DNA of 64,000 nt from an uncultured Candidatus Saccharibacteria bacterium (GTDB lineage: Bacteria > Patescibacteriota > Minisyncoccia > Sungbacterales > HO2-52-23): positions 1,057 through 65,056 of the forward strand of contig CAYIAH010000001.1 of assembly GCA_964361495.1 (NCBI GenBank), given 5' to 3'. Shown piece after piece: positions 7,846 through 17,793 of this stretch. Numbering within the stretch: position 1 is the stretch's first letter; each line of letters opens with the position of its first letter. The position numbers and the translations under genes are program-made. Under the pieces are notes generated by a model. It saw only the letters and a list, made by a program, of their open reading frames with translations. It made no database searches and was not told where the DNA came from.

Positions 7846-9423
7846 ATGGTCTCGTATGATGTGCTCATAAAATCGGGAACAGTGATTGACGGCACTGGCG
7901 CGCCGCCGGGAACGATGGATGTGGGCGTCCGCGACCGGCATATCGCGGATATGGGGGTTCTTGAGGGAGCAACCGCCGAAGTCGTCATAGATGCGGCGGG
8001 AAAATATGTGACGCCGGGGTTTATTGATGTGACCAATCATTCCGATACGCACCTCTCTTTATTCAAATACCCGGGCCTTGACGGGCTTCTCATGCAAGGG
8101 GTGACCACGGCGATCGGCGGCAACTGCGGCGCGTCGCTCGCTCCGCTCGCATCCGGCGACTCCATTCTCGCGATACGCAAATGGGCGGATCCTTCTGACA
8201 TAAATGTTAATTGGAACAGCGTCGGGGAATTTTTGGCGGAAATCACGAAATTGCGTCTGGGAGTTAACTTTGGGATGTTCGCGGGCTACGGGACACTCCG
8301 GCGCGGCGTGATCGGCAATGCCGCGCGGCTTCTGGATCGCAACGAACGCCAAGAGATCCGGTTTCTTCTTGAAGAGAGTGTGCGCGAGGGAGCGCTCGGC
8401 CTTTCGCTCGGGCTTGCCTATGGTCACGAGCGGGTCTCTCCGACGGAAGAAATTGTGGAAATTGCGGGAGGACTCGCTGCGGCAGGCGGCATTATTAAAC
8501 TCCATCTTCGCGCGGAAGGGTCTGATTTGATTGCCGCGGTCAATGAAGCGGTGCAGATCAGCCGCGAAGCCGGCGCAACAGTGCATATTAGTCATTTCAA
8601 AGTGATTGGCAGAAAATCGCGGGGGCTTTTCAACAAAGCGCTTGAGATTTTGAATGGCGCGGCCGCATCAGGTGTCGCGGTGAGTTTCGACGTATCCCCC
8701 TATGCGACGACGGGATCTCCGCTTTATGCCCTGCTTCCTTCATGGGCGCGGCAGGGGGGATTTTCTGCGCTCTTTGAGCGGCTCGCGAACGATTACGAGC
8801 GGGGACTGATCATCGGGGACTTGAAAAAATACACCCTTCACTATGGACGGATTACGGTCATCTCGGCCAAGATCCCGCATCTCGTCGGCCGGACGCTCAA
8901 AAAAATTGCGGCCGGGATGGGGATGGAACCGGAAGAGGCGATTCTTGAAATGATTAAAGCAAATGAGGGAAGAATTTCGATTCGAGGACGAACGGTATCG
9001 CTCAAAAACGTGGATGCGGGCATTGCGCATCCCCGGGCGCTCGCGGCATCGGACGGCGAGGGTTATGCGCAGGAAGAGCGCGCTTCGGGGAATCTCCATC
9101 ACCCCCGTTCGTTCGGCGCCTTTCCTCATTTTTTACATCGCTATGTGCGGGACATAAAATCGCTCACCGCCGAGGAGGCGATACGAAAAATCACCGGAGG
9201 TCCCGCCGTGCTTCTTGGAATAAAAGAGCGGGGCGTTCTTGCGGCCGGGATGGCGGCGGATATCGCGGTATTTGATCCGTTTCTTTTCAAAGATCGCGCG
9301 ACCTATAATAATCCGTTTCGGTATCCGGCGGGCATTGAATGGGTGCTCGTCAATGGAAGTATCGCCGTTGAACGCGGGCGGCCAACTGGAGTGCGGTCGG
9401 GAAAGGTGGTACAGAGAAAGTGA
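7846..9423 (+). CDS. Amidohydrolase-superfamily protein, N-acyl-D-amino-acid deacylase (D-aminoacylase)-like
   Basis: N-terminal metal-binding-type start KSGTVIDGTG...VTPGFIDVTNHSD. Conserved VHISHFK and C-terminal GMAADIAVFDP typical of the D-aminoacylase/dihydroorotase-like subgroup. Stop overlaps the murD start (ATGA). Confidence 0.65.
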   Translation: MVSYDVLIKSGTVIDGTGAPPGTMDVGVRDRHIADMGVLEGATAEVVIDAAGKYVTPGFIDVTNHSDTHLSLFKYPGLDGLLMQGVTTAIGGNCGASLAPLASGDSILAIRKWADPSDINVNWNSVGEFLAEITKLRLGVNFGMFAGYGTLRRGVIGNAARLLDRNERQEIRFLLEESVREGALGLSLGLAYGHERVSPTEEIVEIAGGLAAAGGIIKLHLRAEGSDLIAAVNEAVQISREAGATVHISHFKVIGRKSRGLFNKALEILNGAAASGVAVSFDVSPYATTGSPLYALLPSWARQGGFSALFERLANDYERGLIIGDLKKYTLHYGRITVISAKIPHLVGRTLKKIAAGMGMEPEEAILEMIKANEGRISIRGRTVSLKNVDAGIAHPRALAASDGEGYAQEERASGNLHHPRSFGAFPHFLHRYVRDIKSLTAEEAIRKITGGPAVLLGIKERGVLAAGMAADIAVFDPFLFKDRATYNNPFRYPAGIEWVLVNGSIAVERGRPTGVRSGKVVQRK

Positions 9424-10751
9424 TGGATTTTCAGGGAAAAAGAGTTTTGGTCATGGGTTTGGGCGTGCATGACGGGGGAGTGGGTACGGTCAAATTCCTT
9501 GTCCGGCGGGGAGCGAAGGTGACCATTACCGACCTTCGGCCGCGGCAGGAACTTGCGTCTTCGCTCCGGCAGCTTAAAGATTTCAAACGAATCAGGTATG
9601 TACTCGGCCGTCACTCCCGGCGCGATTTTGTGAATGCGGAGTGCATCATTAAAAATCCGGGAGTGCGTCCTGATTCGCCCTATCTTCTGCATGCGCGCGA
9701 ACACGGGGTTCCGGTGACGAGCGATATGGGAATTTTTTTTGAGGAGTGTCCTTGCCGCATCATAGGAATTACCGGCACAAGAGGAAAATCAACCGCCGCG
9801 TCTCTTATCTGGAAACTTCTAAAGACAAAAATTCCCCGCGTGTGGCTCGGAGGAAATATACGAAAATCAGTGCTTGAATTTTTACCGCGGCTCGGCGCGC
9901 ATGATACGGTCGTGTTGGAACTCTCAAGTTTTCAATTGCACGATCTTCGGGAGACAAAAAAAAGTCCCGGGATCGGCGTGATGATCAATATCATGCCCGA
10001 TCATCTTAATTGGCACGGCACGATGCAGGGGTACATGAAGGCAAAAAGTATTATTTTCAAATACCAGCGTCCTCCGGACATTTTTTTTGCAAATCGGCGC
10101 GACCGCGACGTGCGCCGGCTCGCGCGCCGTGCGCCTGCACAGGTCATTTTTCCTCTGCTGCCGGCCGCATTAAAGAAAACAGTGGACACGAATCTCGGCC
10201 CGCACTATCGCGATGCGGCCGCACTCGCCATCGGCGTCGCGAGGCATCTAGGCGTGGGGGACAAAGATATTATCCGGGAACTCGGCATGTTTCGCGGTCT
10301 CGAGGGAAGGCAGGAAGAGATTGCCGTGATCAATGGAATTCATTTTATCAATGACACCGCCGCGACGATTCCCGAAGCAGTGATTGCGGCGCTCAATCGT
10401 TTCCGCAGACAGACATTAGGACAGAAGCTGATCCTCATTGCCGGAGGCGAGGATAAAAATTTGAAGTTCGGGGATGTGGCGCGCGCCATCCGCCGCGATG
10501 CCGCTCGGGTATTTTTATTGCCGGGGAGCGCCACGGAGAAAATCAAGAAAGAATTGAAAGGGTTTGACGGGATGCACGAAGTGTCTTCCATGAAAGAAGC
10601 GGTTGCGCTCGCATACAAAGAAGCGGGCAGAGGAGATTACATTCTTCTTTCGCCGGGGGCGGCAAGTTTCGGATTGTTTCTCAATGAATTTGACCGCGGG
10701 GAAAAATTTATAGAAGCAATAAAAAATTTACAAGAAAATGCGCACGATTGA
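9420..10751 (+). CDS. murD: UDP-N-acetylmuramoylalanine--D-glutamate ligase
   Basis: Rossmann N-terminus KRVLVMGLGVHDGG. P-loop GITGTRGKSTAA. Mur-ligase middle and C-terminal domains. Position next to ftsW. Confidence 0.88.
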   Translation: MMDFQGKRVLVMGLGVHDGGVGTVKFLVRRGAKVTITDLRPRQELASSLRQLKDFKRIRYVLGRHSRRDFVNAECIIKNPGVRPDSPYLLHAREHGVPVTSDMGIFFEECPCRIIGITGTRGKSTAASLIWKLLKTKIPRVWLGGNIRKSVLEFLPRLGAHDTVVLELSSFQLHDLRETKKSPGIGVMINIMPDHLNWHGTMQGYMKAKSIIFKYQRPPDIFFANRRDRDVRRLARRAPAQVIFPLLPAALKKTVDTNLGPHYRDAAALAIGVARHLGVGDKDIIRELGMFRGLEGRQEEIAVINGIHFINDTAATIPEAVIAALNRFRRQTLGQKLILIAGGEDKNLKFGDVARAIRRDAARVFLLPGSATEKIKKELKGFDGMHEVSSMKEAVALAYKEAGRGDYILLSPGAASFGLFLNEFDRGEKFIEAIKNLQENAHD

Positions 10752-11841
10752 CCGCCCGCTTTTGTATGCGACGGGCCTTCTTTTTATCGGCGGACTTTTG
10801 ATTCTTTTTTCCGCGTCAATGGCGTCCGCGGAAGAAAATTTCGGCTCCATTTCTTATTATGTGCTGCGCCAACTCGTCTACGGCGGCGGGGCCGGGCTTT
10901 TAGCGCTTCTGATCACGCAATGGATACCGTATCGGACGTGGAAAAGTTTGGCTCTTCCCCTCATGGCATGCGCGTTTATTATCCTCGCGCTTGTCTTCAT
11001 ACCCGAATTAAGTTATGCAACGCGCGGCGCGCGGCGGTGGCTTGAATTCGGCATTATTCGTTTTCAGCCGTCAGAATTTTTGAAACTTGCATTTATCATT
11101 TATCTTGCGAGCTGGCTTGACGCGCGAAGAAAAGAAGTTGCGACGGTTTCGTACGGAACAATCCCATTTGGTCTGATGCTGTCGGTGGTCGGAATATTTC
11201 TTATCATGCAGCCGGATTTGGGGACACTCGGCGTTATTATCGGGACATCTGGCATTCTTTATTTTCTTGGCGGAGGGGCGAAAGCGCAGATTGCAGCACT
11301 CTTCATTTTCGGCCTTGCGCTCTTCTATCTTGTGATACAAATCGCTCCGTATCAGTATCAGCTTGATCGGTTGAGGGTATTTTTAAGTCCGGGGCTCGAT
11401 CCGCAAGGAACTGGATATCAGATTACGCAGGCGCTCATCGCGATCGGCTCCGGCGGATTCTGGGGCCTCGGATTCGGCGAGAGCCTGCAAAAATACCGGT
11501 ATCTTCCGGAGCCGATGAGCGATTCGATTTTTGCAATCGTTGCCGAGGAATTGGGATTTATTGGAGCGGTTGTCTTGATCGGTTTTTTCGTATTTTTTTT
11601 CTGGAGGGGGCTCGTCATTGCGCGCCGCGCGCCCGATGTCTTTGGAAAACTTCTCGGCGCGGGGATCGCGGTGGGCATAGTGTCGCAGGCGTTTATCAAT
11701 ATGGCCGCGTTGACCGGTCTTCTTCCCTTAACCGGCATTCCGCTTCCCCTCGTAAGTTACGGGGGCACATCGCTGATGGTAACTCTCGCGAGTATCGGGA
11801 TTCTCCTCAATATTTCAAAGCATGCGCGGGTGGGAGCGTAG
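10738..11841 (+). CDS. ftsW: SEDS-family peptidoglycan glycosyltransferase (FtsW/RodA)
   Basis: Ten TM helices. Conserved SEDS stretches LDRLRVFLSPGLDPQGTGYQITQALIAIGSGGFWGLGFGES and PEPMSDSIFAI. Lies directly after murD. Confidence 0.85.
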   Translation: MRTIDRPLLYATGLLFIGGLLILFSASMASAEENFGSISYYVLRQLVYGGGAGLLALLITQWIPYRTWKSLALPLMACAFIILALVFIPELSYATRGARRWLEFGIIRFQPSEFLKLAFIIYLASWLDARRKEVATVSYGTIPFGLMLSVVGIFLIMQPDLGTLGVIIGTSGILYFLGGGAKAQIAALFIFGLALFYLVIQIAPYQYQLDRLRVFLSPGLDPQGTGYQITQALIAIGSGGFWGLGFGESLQKYRYLPEPMSDSIFAIVAEELGFIGAVVLIGFFVFFFWRGLVIARRAPDVFGKLLGAGIAVGIVSQAFINMAALTGLLPLTGIPLPLVSYGGTSLMVTLASIGILLNISKHARVGA

Positions 11842-11906
11842 AATTTGTTTCAATCCCACACTCCAAATTTCGTGACTCGCCGTAATCTTTTTTTGTTATA
11901 ACGACT

Positions 11907-12800
11907 ATGAATAGTCAGCACCCGTCCATAGGAATCATTGGCGTCGGGATGGTTGGCGCGGCGCTCAAGAAATATTTTGAGGAGATGCAAGGGCGTGTCC
12001 GCGACGCCGATTTGTTTTTATATGATACCGACCCCCGTAAAAACTTTGGGGATGATATCAATCACGCCGATATTATTTTTATCGCGGTGCCGACCCCGCG
12101 GCGCAGCGACGGATCTGCGGGACTTGATGCCGTGATATCCGCGCTTGAACAGATTCGCGCCGGGAAAAGAGTGGTTTTGAAATCGACGGTTCCTCCGGGG
12201 ACGACCCAGATGTTGCAGAAACGTTTTCAAGACCTTCAAATCCTCTTTAATCCGGAGTTTCTCACCGAAGCACACGCATGGGAGAATATGATCCATCCTG
12301 ATCGTCAGCTTGTGGGATGGACGTCTGAAAGCAGGGGATCGGCGCCCATGGTGCTCAAACTTTTGCCGAAGGCAGCCGTGATGTCGCCGTCAGCGAATCT
12401 GGACATGACGGCAACCGAAGCGGAGATTGTGAAATACGCCGCCAATTATTTTCTGACGCGCAAAGTCACGTTTGCGAATGCGATGTACGACCTCGCGCGG
12501 CATCACGACGCTGATTATGAATCCATCCGCCGCGGCATTGGCGCCGACCCCCGAATCGGGGCATCGCACCTTGATGTGCATCACGGCGGCTATCGCGGTT
12601 ACGGCGGGTATTGTTTTGTCAAAGACACGGACGGCCTCATTGCGCATTGCCGGACCGAGGGCCTTGAAGAACTCGCGCGCTTTTTTGAAAATGATCGCCT
12701 CTACAACGAAAGGCTTCTCGACGCGCAGGCGCTCACGTCCGAGGATGTGAGCGTGCATGATCACGAATGGATTAGAAACGCGAAGAAAAAAATTATATGA
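11907..12800 (+). CDS. UDP-glucose/GDP-mannose dehydrogenase-family protein, truncated: N-terminal NAD domain plus central catalytic domain only (297 aa)
   Basis: GIIGVGMVGAAL Rossmann. AVPTP, KSTVPPGTT, NPEFLTEAHAWENMIHPDRQLVG, and the catalytic-Cys motif GYGGYCFVKD (family consensus GFGGSCFPKD). Only about 50 aa follow the Cys, versus a roughly 100-aa UDP-binding domain in full-length enzymes. Confidence 0.65.
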   Translation: MNSQHPSIGIIGVGMVGAALKKYFEEMQGRVRDADLFLYDTDPRKNFGDDINHADIIFIAVPTPRRSDGSAGLDAVISALEQIRAGKRVVLKSTVPPGTTQMLQKRFQDLQILFNPEFLTEAHAWENMIHPDRQLVGWTSESRGSAPMVLKLLPKAAVMSPSANLDMTATEAEIVKYAANYFLTRKVTFANAMYDLARHHDADYESIRRGIGADPRIGASHLDVHHGGYRGYGGYCFVKDTDGLIAHCRTEGLEELARFFENDRLYNERLLDAQALTSEDVSVHDHEWIRNAKKKII

Positions 12801-13708
12801 AATATATCGTGACCGGCGGCGCCGGATTTATAGGATCTCATATCGTTGATATGCTCGTTCAGCGCGGTGATGACGTGCACGTCATTGATAATTTTCTCAC
12901 CGGCAAACGGGAGCGGCTCAATCCGCGCGCGGTGCTTCACGAGACGGATATACGTCATTTTGAAAAATTAGGGAGCATCTTTGCTGGCGCGCGAGGAGTT
13001 TTCCATACGGCGGCACAGCCGCGGATGCAGTATTCAATTGCCGAACCTCGGCTTACGAACGACATCAATATCACCGGCACGCTGAATGTTTTGCTTGCCG
13101 CGCGCGATGCAAATGTTCCTCGCGTGGTGTACTCCGCCTCTTCCTCTGCCTACGGGCCGCGCCATCCCATGCCGCTTTCGGAACAGATGCCGCCGGAACC
13201 GGTAATTCCTTATGCAATCCAAAAGCGGGTTGGAGAGCAATATTGTATCATGGCGTCGCGTTTCTATGGGGTAGAGACCGTGTCGCTCCGTTATTTCAAC
13301 GTGTACGGGCCGCGCCAGACCACGGAACGCGATGGTCCCTATGCGACCGTAATCGGGATATTTCTTGAACAGTGCGCGGGCGGAAAAGCAATGACGGTCG
13401 TGCCCGATGGCGCCCAGCGACGCGATTTCACCCATGTGCGGGACGTGGCGCGAGCAAATCTTCTCGCAATGGATTCTGCGAAAGTCGGACAGGGCGAGAT
13501 CATCAATGTCGGCACCGGTAAAAATTACAGCGTGCTCGAAATCGCAGGTCTCATCGGCGGCGCATGGACATTTACCGCGCCGCGGCAGGGCGAAGTCGCC
13601 GCGACGCTCGCAGACATTACGCAGGCAAAGGAACTGCTCGGCTGGGAGCCGAAAATTTCATTTGAAGAGGGAATTGCGGAATTGAAGACGTTTTCGGGAA
13701 TCGTCTAG
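12797..13708 (+). CDS. NAD-dependent nucleotide-sugar epimerase/dehydratase (SDR extended family, GalE/UXS-like)
   Basis: TGGAGFIGSH. Catalytic SSSAYG...YAIQK (S/YxxxK). 4-nt overlap with the upstream gene. Confidence 0.85.
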   Translation: MKYIVTGGAGFIGSHIVDMLVQRGDDVHVIDNFLTGKRERLNPRAVLHETDIRHFEKLGSIFAGARGVFHTAAQPRMQYSIAEPRLTNDINITGTLNVLLAARDANVPRVVYSASSSAYGPRHPMPLSEQMPPEPVIPYAIQKRVGEQYCIMASRFYGVETVSLRYFNVYGPRQTTERDGPYATVIGIFLEQCAGGKAMTVVPDGAQRRDFTHVRDVARANLLAMDSAKVGQGEIINVGTGKNYSVLEIAGLIGGAWTFTAPRQGEVAATLADITQAKELLGWEPKISFEEGIAELKTFSGIV

Positions 13709-13737
13709 AGTATGTTACATTTTATGCGCGGTTTTTA

Positions 13738-15132
13738 TTATCTTCCTTGCCTTTGCAGAATAGTCGCAACTGTTTTCAAAGCGATGAGAAGATCCAAAAC
13801 AAATGAACGATTTTTGATGTAGTAGATATCGTATTGCATTTTTTGGCGCGCGTCTTCAACAGACGCGTCATTTTTCATGTTGACCTGCGCCCAACCGGTG
13901 ATGCCGGGTGTGGCGAGAAGCCGCATCTCATAGAACGGTATTCTTTGTTTGAGTTCCTCTACATACTCCGGCCGTTCCGGCCGCGGCCCGATAAAAGACA
14001 TCTCGCCGCGGAAAATATTGATAATCTGCGGAAGTTCATCAAGATAGCTTTTGCGCAAAAACGTCCCGACCCGAGTACAACGCGGGTCGCCGCCGTCACC
14101 ATTGCTGTTATCTTTGAGCCCGCCAAAAGATTGCGCATTTTCCACCATGGAACGGAATTTGATAAGTTCAAAAACGCGGCCGTGCCGTCCAATCCTTTTC
14201 TGCCGAAAGAGTATTGCCCCCGGAGAATCGAATTTGATCGCGAACGCAATCATCGGAAACAGTAAAGCTCCGCCGACAAGAGTAATCGCGGCAAGCGTTA
14301 CGTCAAGAAGCCGCTTGAAGAATTCATACGGCGGCTTGCGGATGCCGATCAGGTTTTCAAGAAACCACATCTCCTCAATGAGCGACAGCGGAATCTTGCC
14401 GGTGAGCATTTCATGGAATGCCGGAAATTCCACGACCGCAATTCCCGCGGGAATCAATTGATAGAGCATATTCACAAGAGCGCGATCTTCTTTCGCGCCC
14501 CGCGATATAACGATGATGTCCGCGCCCATTTTTTTGATCTGCGGAGTCAAATTTTCCGCACCGAGTTCATAATGAGGAATTTCCGGGATAAGCGCGGGCG
14601 GGCGCGTCCCCGCGGATATGAGCGCCGCGGGGTGATGTGCGAGATGAGGATTTTGATAGAGATATCGCGCGAGCGCGATATGTTCTTTGTGTTCGCCGAC
14701 AAGGACGACACGGGATGAGAGCGCCGAGACGGTGATATACGCAAAGACATAACGCCAAAGAAAAATAAGACCCATCGCGAGACCCGCGGTGATGGCAAGA
14801 TTACGGCGCGGCTCGATCGTGAGAGGAAAAAGATAGAAGACAGCAACCGCAATCACGACGTTAATCGCCATGGTGCGGGCCAGCCGATAGAAAAATACTT
14901 TAAGACGCTTGAATGAACGCAGTTCATAAAACCCCGAAGCGCCAAAGGCGAGAAGCCAGAAAAGAAAAACGGGAGTAAACGCGGTAAGGTGCAGACGCGC
15001 GATTCTCGGGGTGGGCGCGACGCCGTGGTAACGGATAAAAAGCGTCCAAAAAAGCGCGGCATAGAAAAGTATCACGTCGCCGAATGCAAGAAGAAGCGTT
15101 TTTTTACTGAATTTTGTTTGCCAGCTGATCAT
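13738..15132 (-). CDS. Polyprenyl-phosphate sugar phosphotransferase (WbaP/bacterial sugar transferase family) with an N-terminal multi-TM domain
   Basis: C-terminal signature DELPQIINIFRGEMSFIGPRPERPEY and KPGITGWAQV. N-terminal 4-5 TM helices. Start placed at the internal ATG to limit overlap with the upstream GT gene; the ORF track gives 15198. Confidence 0.8.
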   Translation of the reverse strand: MISWQTKFSKKTLLLAFGDVILFYAALFWTLFIRYHGVAPTPRIARLHLTAFTPVFLFWLLAFGASGFYELRSFKRLKVFFYRLARTMAINVVIAVAVFYLFPLTIEPRRNLAITAGLAMGLIFLWRYVFAYITVSALSSRVVLVGEHKEHIALARYLYQNPHLAHHPAALISAGTRPPALIPEIPHYELGAENLTPQIKKMGADIIVISRGAKEDRALVNMLYQLIPAGIAVVEFPAFHEMLTGKIPLSLIEEMWFLENLIGIRKPPYEFFKRLLDVTLAAITLVGGALLFPMIAFAIKFDSPGAILFRQKRIGRHGRVFELIKFRSMVENAQSFGGLKDNSNGDGGDPRCTRVGTFLRKSYLDELPQIINIFRGEMSFIGPRPERPEYVEELKQRIPFYEMRLLATPGITGWAQVNMKNDASVEDARQKMQYDIYYIKNRSFVLDLLIALKTVATILQRQGR

Positions 15133-16285
15133 AGAGATGTATCGTTGAAGCAAGCATCTTATCAAGCGTGAAGTGCGCGCGGTACCGCGCCTGCGCATTT
15201 TTGCCGAACTGCAGCTCTGTTTCTCTATCTTTGATTAATCCTAGGATCGCGTCTGCAAGCCGATGCGGGTCTCTCGGCGGCACAAGAAATCCGGTTTTTC
15301 CGTGATTGATGAGATCAGGAATCCCCCCGACGGCGGTTGCGATAATAGGGATACCGGCGGCCATTGCTTCAAGAATCGCGTAGGGCAGTCCTTCTTTGAC
15401 CGAAGGGAATACAAAACAATCCATTGCGTTCAAGAACCGTGCCCCATCAGGAAGCGCGCCGGCAAGGAAGATATGCTCACTAAGTCCGTATCGGGCGATG
15501 AGGCGCCGAAGAAGCATTTGGTCCTCGCCCTCGCCGATGATGAGCGCTTTGAACTTCAGATTTTTTGTTTTCTCACGAAGTTCGCGAATCGCCTCGATGA
15601 GATACATGAGGCCTTTGTTTTTCGTGAGCTCGGCAATCGTGCCAAAAAGGACTGTATCATTGCTGATTTCTTGTCTCACATATGAAGCGAGGAATGCGCG
15701 CGCTTCCGTGCGCGAGAAGAACGCCGGCGGGGCCATCCCGTTGAAGATAAGCGCGCATTTTTTGGAGCGGATAAACCGTTCCGCTTGCCGCGCGTCAGCG
15801 CGGTTTATCAGAATAATCTTGTCATGAAAAAATGACGCGCACCAGCTTGCAAGAAAAATAAGCGCGCGGATGAACCACGGACGGTTTTCATTAAAACCCC
15901 AACCGTGAACCGTGAAGATAATATAAGGCGCGCGGGTGAACTGGAGCAGGCGATAGAGACCCGCCGCCGCCACGCCCAGAATCCCGATTTTCGTGCTGTT
16001 CAAATGGATGATATCCGGTTTCTCGGCGCGGATGATATTGAAAAGCGAATACCCTGCCTTTATTTCTTTAAACATTCTGACATCGCGGTCAAGCCCCGGT
16101 ATAAAAAAGGTTCGTATGCCCGCTTCTTTGAGTTTTTGAAAAAGCGGCCCGTTGCCGCCTGCCGCTACCGCGATTTGAAAACGTTCTTTCGGAAGATGGG
16201 TGGCGAGATCGTATACATATTTTTGCGCGCCGCCCCAGGCCGATTTTGTGATGATATAAAGGATTTTTCTGGGTGACAATCCCAT
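15104..16285 (-). CDS. Glycosyltransferase family 4 (GT-B, RfaG-like)
   Basis: EGLPYAILEAMAAGIPIIATAVGGIPDLI matches the GT4 E-x7-E region. N-terminal GGAQKYVYDLA. Confidence 0.8.
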   Translation of the reverse strand: MGLSPRKILYIITKSAWGGAQKYVYDLATHLPKERFQIAVAAGGNGPLFQKLKEAGIRTFFIPGLDRDVRMFKEIKAGYSLFNIIRAEKPDIIHLNSTKIGILGVAAAGLYRLLQFTRAPYIIFTVHGWGFNENRPWFIRALIFLASWCASFFHDKIILINRADARQAERFIRSKKCALIFNGMAPPAFFSRTEARAFLASYVRQEISNDTVLFGTIAELTKNKGLMYLIEAIRELREKTKNLKFKALIIGEGEDQMLLRRLIARYGLSEHIFLAGALPDGARFLNAMDCFVFPSVKEGLPYAILEAMAAGIPIIATAVGGIPDLINHGKTGFLVPPRDPHRLADAILGLIKDRETELQFGKNAQARYRAHFTLDKMLASTIHLYDQLANKIQ

Positions 16286-16425
16286 ACAGCATACAACGCC
16301 GCGGATCGCGGTTGAGTCGCCCCTTGTGGATAAGATGCGCTTGACTTTTTATTGAAGATTTGTTACCAGTGTTTATGTGAGTGTTTTCTGACATTACGTC
16401 AGAACTTCAAATTTGTCCGGCATAG

Positions 16426-16454
16426 AACCCCTTCAACGGGGTTTTATGCTTTTT
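16426..16454 (+). terminator. Plus-strand rho-independent terminator-like hairpin (AACCCCttcaacGGGGTT plus a T-rich tail) in an intergenic region with no plus-strand protein gene upstream
   Basis: Read directly. A second hairpin TCTGACattacGTCAGA is at 16388-16404. The spacer 16286-16467 lies between two minus-strand genes. Confidence 0.35.
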
Positions 16455-16467
16455 GGATGGGCTTTTC

Positions 16468-17772
16468 TCAACCTTCGCGATACGAAATCTCTCGTAGTTT
16501 ATGGTGATATTTTTTTGCAAAGCGGTGCGATTCATCACGGACGCGCTGAAGGAAATGCATAACGGGACGGGGAAGGGCGCGAAGACGAATAGGAGCCGCT
16601 TTCTCGGAGAGATAGAGCTCTTCTTCCTTTTTTGCAAGCGCGGCGAGCGCGATTCCCGGACTCGCCTTCGTACTGCGAAGCGCCCGGAACGCCGCATTGA
16701 GCTGCGGTTTTCCCCCGTCAATGAGTATTAGTTCCGGATACCGCCACTCATGATGAGCGATCCTTCGACGAAGCACTTCTTGAAGCATTTCTACATCATT
16801 GGACCCGCTCACGGTTTTAATTTTAAATTTCCTATATGCTGATTTTACGGGCGCACCGTTGATAAATACCGACATTGATCCGGTTGCCGCCGTGCCGGAG
16901 ATATTTGAAATATCGTATCCTTCCACGCGCGAGATGCGTTCTCTTGCAAGGAGAGCGCGAAGGATTCGTTCAATTTTATGCCAGCGCATTTCATTTTTCA
17001 AGACGGGTGCGGACGCGAGCGTGCGGCGATGCGCGAATATATTTTTGACTCCCGCGAGCTCGTCGCGAAGAATTGCCGCGCGCTCAAAATTCTTATCTGC
17101 CGAAGCGCGGCGCATCATACGCGCGAGTACGGCCATGAGCGCTGTACTCTTTCCGTTGAGGATTGCAACGATGTTTTTGATATTTTGCTGATATTCATAC
17201 GATTTCAACTTTGGTACTTGTCCATATGTACGCATACAGCATATCCCCGGACAGCGTTGTATTTGCGTGTTAAGGCACGGTCGCGTATGGACGGTTTTAC
17301 ACGTGCAGTAGGGAAATATCCGCCGAAGAAGTCTGAGCGCGACTTTCAGTTCTCGGCCGGAGGTGAAAGGGCCGATATTTTTTGAATCCGCGGAGCTCGT
17401 TGCGGACTCGTGCGTCACATAAATTCTCGGAAATTCTTCGCGGGTGACCGCAACAAAGAAATAATTGATGTCGCTTCGCATGACGACATTGAACGGCGGC
17501 TGGTATTTTTTAATGAGCCGGGCCTCTTGCACAAGCGCCTCTATTTCAGACGCGGTTTCAATCCATTCAAGACGGGTGGCGCGCTGCAGAAGTTCGCGGG
17601 TTTTCCGGCTTGTCGAGGCGCGAAAATATGATGCCACGCGGGTATGTAAATTCGCCGCCTTGCCCACATAGAGCGGCTGATGGTTCATTTTGAAAATATA
17701 GACGCCGGGACCCCGAGGGATCGCATCCCGCCGCAGGCCCGCGCGTATAAGAACAGTTGTTTTTCGGCCCAT
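16468..17772 (-). CDS. uvrC: Excinuclease ABC subunit C, short form lacking the C-terminal (HhH)2 domain
   Basis: GIY-YIG at GVYIFKMNHQPLYVGKAANLHTRVASYF. Cys-rich segment. The endonuclease-domain motif RVRDESHRFAKKYHHK sits at the extreme C-terminus (equivalent to E. coli IRDEAHRFAI around residue 530). 434 aa. Confidence 0.8.
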   Translation of the reverse strand: MGRKTTVLIRAGLRRDAIPRGPGVYIFKMNHQPLYVGKAANLHTRVASYFRASTSRKTRELLQRATRLEWIETASEIEALVQEARLIKKYQPPFNVVMRSDINYFFVAVTREEFPRIYVTHESATSSADSKNIGPFTSGRELKVALRLLRRIFPYCTCKTVHTRPCLNTQIQRCPGICCMRTYGQVPKLKSYEYQQNIKNIVAILNGKSTALMAVLARMMRRASADKNFERAAILRDELAGVKNIFAHRRTLASAPVLKNEMRWHKIERILRALLARERISRVEGYDISNISGTAATGSMSVFINGAPVKSAYRKFKIKTVSGSNDVEMLQEVLRRRIAHHEWRYPELILIDGGKPQLNAAFRALRSTKASPGIALAALAKKEEELYLSEKAAPIRLRALPRPVMHFLQRVRDESHRFAKKYHHKLREISYREG

Positions 17773-17793
17773 TTTCCTTTATACTATAACGCC

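Noticed and set aside
17680-17793. Upstream extension of the uvrA ORF
   Set aside because: It would overlap the divergent uvrC coding region by 93 nt. UvrA homology begins at [21 protein letters not shown] (ATG 17794).
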